Part shown: one piece after another, positions 24,173 to 33,839 of the stretch
Layout: every line of letters begins with the position of its first letter
How positions within the stretch are numbered: the first letter of the stretch is position 1
Source: Lepidodermella squamata
Taxonomy: Eukaryota > Animalia > Gastrotricha
Assembly (NCBI GenBank): GCA_047495785.1
Contig: JBLDXI010000024.1
Location: forward strand, 4,836,001 to 4,900,000
Direction: 5' to 3'
Length of the DNA: 64,000 nucleotides
Made by a program: the position numbers and the translations under genes
Notes under the pieces: model-generated
The model's database searches: none
Seen by the model: only the letters and a program-made list of their open reading frames with translations
What the model was told of the DNA's origin: nothing

Positions 24173-26569
24173 ATGGCTGCGAATCATGGGCAAGAACACG
24201 ATGTAATTTTAATCCCAACCTCATCCGGTCCTTTCATCTCAGAATTACCTCGAAGAACCGCCTCGGCAACCCGTAGCCAGCCTAATTTCGACGGCACGCG
24301 CTACGAAAATCCGTGGCCAACATGGCGCCGGCCTAGTCTAATTTTTGACGGCGCAAAATTACTGGCGAGTCGTCTCGGAAATTTCTCATTCAAAGGCCGA
24401 GTTCCTTCGAAAGAAATCCTCGACTCTGAGCTGCCGGTGAAACCTGTAAAATTCAACGACTCGACCTCGAAAATGACTCTGACATAACTTGGCTCGGCCA
24501 TTCGACGACGTTGTTGCGATTTGATGGAATTTCGGTGATTACAGACCCAATTTTCAGCGAATATTGCTCGCCACTAAAAATTCCGAAGACGCGAAGGTTG
24601 CGGCAAACACCCTGCTCGATCGATGATTTACCTAAAAATCTGCGATTAATCCTGATTTCTCACTCACATCGCGATCATCTAGACCTGAAATCTGTTGAAG
24701 AGATCTGGCGGAAATACGGCGATTCGGTCACTTTTTGCATTCCAGCTGGTCTTTCGTACTGGTTTCAAGGCAATTTACCTGGTTCAAAATTTGTTGAATT
24801 AAATTGGTGGCAAGTTGCGAGTTTCGAGATGAAGGATTCAAATCAGAGTTTCCGAGTTGTTTCTGTCCCGGCGCAACATCAGTCTATAGACGGTTGTCGA
24901 TCGCTGTGGTGCGGATTCGTCGTTATTGGACCGAGCGGGCGGAAATTTTACTATGCGGGCGATACTGCTTACTGCGAGGCTTTCAAAGAAATCGGAACCG
25001 AACTTGGACCAATCGATTTATCGGTAAATTATTGACGATAACTGCCAAAAATTATCCACATGAATTTCCTTACGAGTCCTTTCGATATTCATTCGCGCTA
25101 GGATGAGCGTAGCCCTTGCTGTAGAAGAGTTTAACAATTTTGTCTCGCTGCGGCTTGACCTTAGTCTCAGCTGAAGTTTGTTAGGCATAGAAACGATTTT
25201 ATTGTCAACAACCTTTGTCTCTCGGCACTCGCGGCGCGTTAACCCAGGCTAAGCAGCGGCCCCCATATCGCTCAAAAGTTGTCATGAACACTTATTCGTC
25301 GACTCCAGCGAATTCAAGGGCGTCAACTTCGAAGGGCTTGCAGATCCGTCAGCTGTTTCCAGGATGACAAGAGCATGCAGCGCAAGGCAGGTGCTCCATA
25401 GGCAACCAAGGACTCTAGAAGGGATTTATAAATTTGTTTCAATAGCCTAATCTTATTCAACAAGTAATTTAGACCAGAACGTAGAGTGATTTTTTGAGCC
25501 TGAACTTCAGCAATCGCTTTGCGCCCAGTTGCTGTCTTCCGCCGATCGCATCTCGTGCGGCCACGTAGATCACCAAATTTTTCGGCGTTCCGTTTGATCG
25601 TCGTACCGGCTTCCCTTGGCCATATTTCAACGCGTAACTCCACCGGACGTGAGCCACATCTCCTTTTGACTGGTGTTACCATTCCGCCACATCAGCACGT
25701 TGAATTAGACTGTACTTAATTAATTGAGCCACTCATTTTATTTCTTCCAACGCGTATCTCGTCACTTGCGACTGTGACAATTCGAAGACCGAAGCATGGG
25801 ATAGCAATCTTTACTTTGTTGACGGCGGGATAGATGACTCGAATATTCAGCCCAATGACCCAAAACACGCTTCGGCGGGTAGTTCGAAAGTGCCTGTAGG
25901 CAACTCGCCCTTGGCGTAGTATAAACCCGTTTTTCCGTCAAATTTCAGAAAGAAAAGGTCGCGTGGAATGATATTATAGAAAAATGGAACAGACACGTGT
26001 GTTTCGACCCTTCATAATTTATTTGAAGTGTAGCCTTTTCTATCACGGTGCCAATTGTGTGTGTGATGCTGAAAGTTATCCGATCAGAAGATTTTTCAGC
26101 CCTGGCTAAAACGACCCGCCTGTTTACTGCTTGAATAGAACTGGCTTACAGCTTTCACACTGTCGCCACATTGGTCGTTCACATTGGTTCACATTGGTCA
26201 CTTTAATTCATTAGTATTACAGAGGTTTCGTAGATGATGTATCGATCGCATTGATGTCCTTTTAATTTTGACAACATTTTGACAAAATTTAAATTCTATA
26301 ATTTTTGCGATTTTTCTTAGGCGATTCCTATTGGCGCTTACAAACCGCGCGATGTTCTCGGACCGCTGCACATCGACCCAGCCGAGGCTGTTCAGATACA
26401 CTTGGACGTCGCATCGAAGCGGTCGGTTGGCATCCACTGGGGCACGTTCAAATTCGGCGGCGAAGGCACGCTGGAACCACGGGATGAACTTGCTAGTGTT
26501 CTCAAAAATCGAGCACTGCCAGAAAGTGAATTCGTTACGGTGGGATTGGGCGAAACTCTCTACATCTGA
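24173..26569 (+). pseudogene. NAPEPLD: NAPE-PLD-like, copy 4 (1-nt frameshift as assembled; altered motifs)
   Basis: Exons 24173-25023 and 26321-26569. Frame breaks near the AAAA run at ~24471-24474; restoring one base gives ..NDSDITWLGHST. Motifs read HSHRDH and QHQS. Confidence 0.7.
25323..25900 (-). mobile_element. Degraded non-LTR retrotransposon (LINE) RT C-terminal fragment in the copy-4 intron
   Basis: ORF 25323-25682 contains LLKQIYKSLLESLVAYGAPA, matching the lYk...S.l.Yg.p pattern downstream of LINE RT domain 7. Boundaries approximate. Confidence 0.45.
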
Positions 26570-26858
26570 TCTTCTCACTATTTATTTCGATCAATTATTC
26601 CTTTGTTGTGATGGCTTTTCGATCTGTTTCACTTGCAATTATTTTTCGTCATGCTGCTGATAATTGTAAACTGCTATTTTAATTATCGACTTTCCATTAA
26701 ATCAAAGATTTTTTGACATAAGCTTGTTCAGTTCTTCATTTTGTTACTGTACACGCTATTGATTTATCAAGCAAGTTGGGAATAATTTTCCTGGTTTCGA
26801 GGAATATTAGAGTCAATCAGTTGGAAATTCAAAATTTCTCTTCCTATAGACATTTTTT

Positions 26859-29272
26859 ATGTCTTTCGAATTGAATGGACTGCCCTCTCAATTGGCGGTA
26901 TCATCAAATTCCAGTAAAATCACCCGTAGCCACCCTGTGTTGAAATCAAACGGCTGTTACGAGAATCCGTGGCCAGGGTGGCGCCAGCCTGGTGCGATCA
27001 GCCTTCTGAAATGGCGGCTGAAATACACGCGGGACAAACACGCCGTTTCTCCCCCCATCGAAGACCTAGAAAAAATGCTACCCGTCATCGAAAACCCGAA
27101 ATTACACGATAATTCCTTCACGTGGCTCGGCCATGCGACTTGCCTGTTTCAACTGGACGGCGTTTCTGTCATTACTGATCCGATTTTCGCCGACAACTGC
27201 TCACCGCTGCCTGAATTTTTGAACAAACTAACTTTCGGAGCTTTCCAACGACTGCGGCCAAGTCCTTGCCAAATTGCGGAGTTACCCGAAAATCTGCGCT
27301 TGTGTTTGATTTCTCACAACCATTACGACCATTTGAGTTATGACGCGATATCGAAATTGGTGGAAAAATACGGAAAAACAATTAAATTCTGCGTGCCAAT
27401 GCGGCAGGGTGACTGGTTCGTGAAGAATTTCCCTGATTTGGAAAAATCGCAAGTTGTCGAATTCAATTGGTGGGATTGCGCAGAATTTCGATGCGATGAA
27501 TCGTCGATTTTCAGAGTCATCTGCTGCCCCAGCCAGCATTGGTCGGAGAGAGTGCCGTTTTTCGACACGAATTGCGCCCTTTGGTCGAGTTGGGCGGTTG
27601 TGAGTGGTAAATCTGGGCGGCGGCTGTTTTTCGGTGGCGATACCGGCTACTGCCCGGCGTTTCGGGAAATCGGTACCGAACTAGGCCCTTTTGACTTGTC
27701 TGCTATTCCCATTGGAGCATATCATCCCCGGTAAGTGAAAAACGCATTAGGTATAGTTTAAAACATGTTGATCTTATGCCCATAAATGAGACCACGACAT
27801 CTCAGATCCGAAAACAGAAAACTGAGACAAAATGAGCGAAAATAAGTAAAAAGTGGGGTTTGGCGTATTTTCTGAATTTTCAAGCAAATGGCAAAACGTG
27901 TGCTGAGTGATGCACAATTCTTGGATTTCTAGATGTTGTTACTCAGTTTTTCTTGAAGATTTCAAATTTTAAAATTTCAGACCTCTAAGATGCGTCATCA
28001 AAGCGTCATCAAAATCTCACGATGTCAAAATTTTCGCCAAACCCCACTTTTCACTTATTTTCGGTCAAATTGATTGCCGTAAATACCTACCGATTATAAG
28101 GTGCCTGCCCATGTGACACAGTGGCCTAGTGGCTAGGCAACTAGCATAAGGTTCTAGTGTTCCACGCCCTAGAGGCGCCTCCGAAAACCGGGGCCGCGGT
28201 AAATAAGCTTTGAACTGCTCGCCTGCCCAAGATCGATGCAGGCAAGATGATTCCGTCGATAGCCCAGTATCGAGGACTAGGCCCAGTACCCAGTAGGGTT
28301 GTTGTTTCTAGACCAACAAGATATGCAGGATTTGAGTCTTTGCTTTTGTCGGTTGCTTTTGAATGGACTGCTACCCATTAAATGAGTATGATAAATTTGT
28401 CCGACAACCGACGTCACGACACCGAGACCACGTATGTATCTTGGACGTATTGGTACAATACAATTAAATCAGGTAGACTCGTCAACAAGGTACACAACGC
28501 CATGGTTATCAGTCGCCGGCTGCGGATTACCTACAGGTGGATCCGCAGCCGGAGGTTGAGCAACTGCTAGAGGTTCTGGGCCAGGTGGGCGGCGTGCAGC
28601 TCTGGTCCGACTGAGTATCGGCAGTTTCGGCAACCTGTCTAATAATGCGGCTGAATCGTTATCGCCAACGATTTGGACTCTCCCAGGCAGTTGAAAGCTA
28701 TGAGCGTATGTAGCGTCGTCTCGTCACCCTCGGGGGAAGCACAAATTTGTTAACTAATGGTCACGTCTCGAATAGACAAATGACCCGAATAAGCTGTCCA
28801 CAGATTGAGCTTCTTCACTTGCAAAACATGGAAGAGATAGCCTCGGATGGGCACCCCTCAAACGCCTTTCAAGGCGACCTTTCGTAGATGTAATAGAGTT
28901 TTATTTTCCGTAATATCTAACGTAATATCTAACCACCGGCTAAGGTAATCGGAACATGCTATATATTAAAAGATTAAATTGAATATATCAGTCTGGTATT
29001 AATTAAAACTCAATCATTAATTGATGACGTGAAATTCTATAAATTTTAGTGAGTTTTTGGGGCCGCAACACGTCGATCCGCAAGAAGCTGTTAAAATGCA
29101 TGTCGATCTGCGCAGCAAGAACTCAGTCGGCATCCACTGGGGTACGTACCCGCTTGGCGACGAGGCGTTTCTATCGCCGAAAATCGAACTGGCAAAAGCT
29201 GTTGCTGATACAGGTCTGGAGGCGAGCTCTTTCATAACCACACTGCCGGGCGAAGCTGTTGCGATCTGTTAG
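26859..29272 (+). CDS. NAPEPLD: NAPE-PLD-like, copy 5
   Basis: Exons 26859-27730 and 29050-29272 (junction in YHPR, CG|T); motifs intact. Confidence 0.9.
27837..28063. mobile_element. MITE-like element with ~29-bp terminal inverted repeats
   Basis: CGAAAATAAGTAAAAAGTGGGGTTTGGCG / CGCCAAACCCCACTTTTCACTTATTTTCG (one mismatch). Confidence 0.6.
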
Positions 29273-30042
29273 TAAAAAATTGCCACTCTGAAATAATATT
29301 ACATATGCATTCATTTGTTAACTGCTTGGAAAATTCTCTCTAAGTAGAGTTAGTGTTTTACTCATGTGAGCGGATATGAACTCAACTGTTCATTCTCGAT
29401 CTTGTCTTTCTACGTGGTGATGATCTGTTGTTCTGGTTTTGGTCTTTAGAACACTTTCGCTGTCGAAAAGTATTTATGAAGTTTTATTGTTCGAATAAAA
29501 TCAACGAAAAATGGCACTTCTGCTGGCTTTTTTTTAAAATTTCGATCCGTGATTATAAGGGTTGCTAATTCATGTTAGTGTCCAGCAAATGCAATAACGT
29601 TTTAGTAAAGAATGTCAGCCTCATTTTATTTAACAACTCCGTAAGCGTGAGGAATAGTTTTCACCAGTCGGCAGATCTAATTTGTGGTAAACCTTCCTGT
29701 ACTCCTCGGTACAATGGATGGGATTCTCGGGATGGGAAAACAAATTAGCCATATTCTCACGTCACAGGGAGCTAAATTCAAATTTCTGGCACTATTTTTG
29801 CTATGCTGATGTTAATAAAAACTTGTTTTCCACGAGTGCCTGGCCTCGAAAAAATTCCAAGAATTTATTGGCTAAAATATTTAAATAGACGGAAGATTTT
29901 GGAGTCGAAATTTGGACCCCTTCGAGGCGGATGGGGACGATAATCCAAATAAAATGCTCAGTGCCGAAAGGCAACTTGCGTGAATAAAAAGAGTGAGGAG
30001 GAGAGACGTTGAAATAAACACCCTCGTAGGCTAAATTCTCAG

Positions 30043-30221
30043 AAATTGTTTGAGAGTGACCACGGTCATAATTCAAGTAGTTTGTTTATTTGAAGAATCG
30101 TGGTGTATCGATGATGTAGATCTTAGCTGTTTTAAATGCCTGATGATGACCTCTGTGAGGTCGAAACGTCGCATCTACATCATCGATACACCACGATTCT
30201 TCAAATAAACAAACTACTTGG
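30043..30221 (+). mobile_element. Penelope-like element remnant: inverted pseudo-LTR segment with 11-bp TSD
   Basis: Perfect 48-bp inverted repeat 30074-30121 / 30173-30220; flanking direct repeat TAAATTCTCAG at 30032-30042 and 30222-30232; hammerhead core in the loop. Confidence 0.7.
30136..30174 (+). ncRNA. Minimal type I hammerhead ribozyme motif
   Basis: ATGC-CTGATGA-T-GACCTC-tgt-GAGGTC-GAAA-CG-TC^-GCAT: stem I ATGC/GCAT, intact core, 6-bp stem II, stem III reduced to the palindromic ACGT. Confidence 0.8.
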
Positions 30222-30624
30222 TAAATTCTCAGTAAAAAAACGAATTGAGTATAGCGATGAAAATTTATTTTTTACTGAGAAGGAGAGAGTTATATAATTG
30301 AAAATATAGTTCCATTTTTATCCAGGAGATATCCGCCAGCGCTGCGAGAAAAACCATGAGGTCCGAAATACGGGCATAGCTCGTTTTTTTGCCCAGGCCA
30401 CGTCGTTCCGCCCAATCTGTACCGGCGACGAGGTACGCAAGTAAATAATGATACATTTTCATAGAAGAAGCAAAAAGTGCTGTCTCTTGATGTAGTCACC
30501 AAACGGAATTCTCTCTTGACTTTTCGACAGCTTGCTCAGAACATCTGACTGAGCCACTGTCAGCGCCAGCAGGGTTGCAATCGCGAAATTCGGCCGATCC
30601 GGGGCATCCGGGGGCACGAGAAAC

Positions 30625-30675
30625 GTATCCTTGCCTGTCACGCGCGAGACCAGGGTTCGATTCCCTGCCAAGGAG
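30625..30675 (+). pseudogene. 3' fragment of tRNA-Asp(GTC)
   Basis: GTATCCTTGCCTGTCACGCGCGAGACCAGGGTTCGATTCCCTGCCAAGGAG is near-identical to the 3' 51 nt of the gene at 36759-36830; the 5' arm is absent. Confidence 0.8.
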
Positions 30676-31443
30676 AAGGTATTACGCTCGAGACAAATGT
30701 TTCTCTGCGGCAAATCTCAGCAAATCTCAGTCGAAGAAGGCCTTGGAATGCTTTGCGTGCCCGTGGCAGATGGGGGTTTCTCAAACTCGAACAAAATTCA
30801 TACATTCGATCCTTAGTATTTGAAGGCATACTGCGTTTTGGCGTAAATCAATTGTAGACCTTGGCGCCAATATTCTTGTGAACACCAGCCCAGAAGGGAG
30901 CAGCCGCTTTTCGCAGATTTGGACTGCATACGAAAAAATAAGAATAGGTTCGAATAGTAGGTCATCCCAATTTCCGACAAAATTAGTGCAAACTATTTTA
31001 GACACCCTTGATGAGTGACAAGCTGTTGGCTGCTCGAACCGAGCATTCGTGGCTCATGTGACCTATTCGAGCGGCATACCTGAAAGCCCACTCGAAATTA
31101 CAGCGCGGGTCGGGCATAATAGAGCTCAGCTATTTGTTATAATTTTTATATGATTAACTTGGCGAGTAGTAGTCAATTAACGCAACTGGCTACCAAAACC
31201 ACTCGGCCAGTTCGCACTGGCACATGTGCGTGACATCACCGGCAGCTTCTCCGCTGTTTGGCAAGTCGAAGCAACGCTTAGCTTTTTATAGCGTGGGCGC
31301 CTGTTGCGCCAATTTTTTCAGGTGTGGAAATCGGCTAGTGCAAAAATGAGCCTATTTCAAGGCTCTTGCACCCTATGAGTTGCTCATTTCACACATTTTT
31401 CCTGAAGAAATTTCAAGTTTAGATAAGCTTCAAGCCCGCTAGT

Positions 31444-31952
31444 ATGAACGCACTGCTTCTCCCGCTTGCTTTCGCTCTTATTGCTGCAACAGGTTTAAAT
31501 GCCCTTTAATAAGTATTTATTGAACTCTACGAATCGTTAAATAGATGCGCAATCAACGACCACTTGCATTTATGGAAGCAGCACAACTTACACCAACACC
31601 ACTGTGGTCGATGCGTACTATACATGCACCTATACGTCGGGATATTGCACGGTTTGCTGCCGTTCAAATATATGCATTAACTAACAATTTGCTAATCCGG
31701 ATTATTTCACAGAAATCGACAGCCACGCTCAACTCGAGTCAAGCCAATTCTTTAAGGTATTCACAGCAAGTCATAAAGGGATGCGCGACCACTTGCACGG
31801 CTGGAAAAACTTGCGACGGCGGTAACAACTGCAACGACAATTACTGCTGCCAGGGTGCCAACTGCAACAAGGCGTCGCCTATTGACATTGCGCTGCCCGC
31901 GCTTATCTTGGCTGCATCGGCTCCGGTTCTCCTCAGGCTGCTTCGTGCATGA
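31444..31952 (+). CDS. Ly6/uPAR (three-finger, quiver-like) GPI-anchored protein
   Basis: Exons 31444-31492 (signal peptide, phase-1 intron), 31545-31651, 31713-31952. KGC..TC, CCQGANCN motif, hydrophobic tail. Confidence 0.85.
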
Positions 31953-32246
31953 ACGGGGAAAGTTGGACATACTGACTCGAAAGATGGCGGCGGAAAGATG
32001 CGTATTCAACTACTGCATTCTGCAGTTAAATGCCTTGGTAGCACATTCTATCATTTCTAATGATTCGGATCTACTGAACTTGAGTCAGTACTCACTGTAG
32101 TTATAGTTTTAATTAAACTGAAGAAAAAGAATAACCTGCCGTAAAGGCGCACCTCGTTTGCCTTCAAAATGTAATTCAGTAATTGGTCACTACCTTCACA
32201 ACCTTTTGCAGCTGTTCGTTTACATAACAGTCCTCGCATTCATCAG

Positions 32247-32318
32247 GCGTCAGTGGTGTAACGGTCAGCATGGTTGCCTTCCAAGCAGCCGATCCGGGTT
32301 CGACTCCCGGCTGACGCA
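32247..32318 (+). tRNA. tRNA-Gly(TCC)
   Basis: Cloverleaf; loop CTTCCAA. Confidence 0.95.
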
Positions 32319-32405
32319 CACGTTTTTAGCTCACACGTTTGAGAGCAGCAAACGCATTGCTAGTGACGAGATGAAAGCTTTCCTTCCCAAAAGCAGCGTT
32401 CGAGA

Positions 32406-32477
32406 GGTCCCATGGTGTAGCGGTTAGCACTCTGGACTCTGAATCCAGCGACTCGAGTTCGATTCTCGATGGGACCT
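32406..32477 (+). tRNA. tRNA-Gln(CTG)
   Basis: Cloverleaf; loop CTCTGAA. Confidence 0.95.
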
Positions 32478-32575
32478 TGATAAGTTTTTTCAAACAAACA
32501 TAGCTGGAACTCAACAGCTGGAAACTTGCGATCATAATATTTGTTACCATTCAAACCTTTTCTTTCACTAGCCTA

Positions 32576-32647
32576 GGGGGCATAGCTCAGTGGTAGAGCG
32601 TCTCATTCGCATTGTGAAGGTCTCGGGTTCAATCCCCGATGCCTCCA
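32576..32647 (+). tRNA. tRNA-Ala(CGC)
   Basis: G3:U70 pair; loop TTCGCAT; one T-T mismatch in the anticodon stem. Confidence 0.9.
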
Positions 32648-32737
32648 GTTGGCACTTTTTTCGCGTAAATGTTGAGAAGTAACAGCCATAATACTGATGA
32701 TATGAATCGGAAATAAGTCTAAGCATGCGAAAAATAG

Positions 32738-32821
32738 TGTCAGAAGTGGGGTTCGAACCCACGCCCTCTTTCGAGGACCAGATCTTGAGTCTGGCGCCTT
32801 AGACCGCTCGGCCATCCTGAC
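32738..32821 (-). tRNA. tRNA-Leu(CAA), intronless
   Basis: GTCAGGATGGCCGAGCGG..CTCAAGA..long variable arm. Confidence 0.95.
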
Positions 32822-32923
32822 CGTCTGACTGAATATTCAATTTGATTCAGATGAACCAGCGCGGGTTCAGCTTCGAGCATGCAATAAACCTCAAATCTTG
32901 TATAGGCTATACTTCATGTGACA

Positions 32924-32996
32924 GGCGCTGTGGCGAAATGGCTATCGCGTCGGACTTCGGATGCGAAGATTGTGGGTTCGAGTCCCATCAGCGTCG
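32924..32996 (+). tRNA. tRNA-Arg(TCG), with a G-G mismatch in the anticodon stem
   Basis: TCGGA-CTTCGGA-TGCGA; the sister copy at 44202 has TCCGA. Confidence 0.85.
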
Positions 32997-33109
32997 TCCG
33001 CTTTTGTATTTTTGTTAGTTTCAGTAGGCTTCTGAAGCCATTTAAACAAATATTTCGACAACTGCTTGCGTAAATTTAATCTGCCTGCAATCTACCACGC
33101 ATTTCAAGG

Positions 33110-33182
33110 GCCTTCCTAGCTCAGTCGGTAGAGCATGTGACTTTTAATCACAGGGTCGGGGGTTCGAGTCCCCCGGAGGGCG
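33110..33182 (+). tRNA. tRNA-Lys(TTT)
   Basis: Cloverleaf; loop CTTTTAA. Confidence 0.95.
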
Positions 33183-33258
33183 CAAGCTTTTTCCTCAGTT
33201 GCTCGGTTTAGCTGCATTCGGCTGATTTCACCGCTTTGTCGAACCACTTGACTACGAA

Positions 33259-33331
33259 GGGGGATTAGCTCAAATGGTAGAGCGCTCGCTTAGCATGCGA
33301 GAGGTAACGGGATCGACGCCCGTATCCTCCA
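33259..33331 (+). tRNA. tRNA-Ala(AGC)
   Basis: G3:U70 pair; loop TTAGCAT; T-run terminator. Confidence 0.95.
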
Positions 33332-33839
33332 GAATTTTTTAAGCGAGTAGAATCGGTTTTATGTTGAAATGACACGACGATGGATCATCCCTGCCAGTTC
33401 CAGGTCCCTGAGGGGAACTCAGTCAAATACCATTGTCCTAGCCTTTTGTTCTTTGTGAGATGGGAGAAAAAGCGATCAGAGTAAAAGTTCTGAACCACAT
33501 ACACGTCCCAAATCGCCATTTATCAGTTGGCCTGGAATATTTTGTAAACGATAAGAAACTTACGGGCGGAATAACCTTGCAACAGATAAGATATTTATAC
33601 GTTCCCCGTTCCCTCATTTCTTTTCATAGTATGGTAGGTTCAGTATTACTAGCTTTGATCTTTAATTGACAGCTAAATCCTTAAATCTGTTGACTCCAGA
33701 TGTACCTTAGTGCCAGTATTTTTATCCGAGCAGACAACCAATCTTGAAGGTCGGTTATCAAATCGGTCGTGGAATGTAATAATATCTCTTCCATCTTCTA
33801 AAAAATTCTTCTTTAGACTATATACCTAATGGAATCGTA

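Noticed and set aside
29801-30620. Broken minus-strand ORF pieces around the hammerhead insertion
   Set aside because: No recognisable homology; cannot be distinguished from chance ORFs.
33385-33760. Possible LINE RT relic on the minus strand (QNFYSDRFF..SSPQG)
   Set aside because: Requires frameshifts and the similarity is too faint to support without a search.
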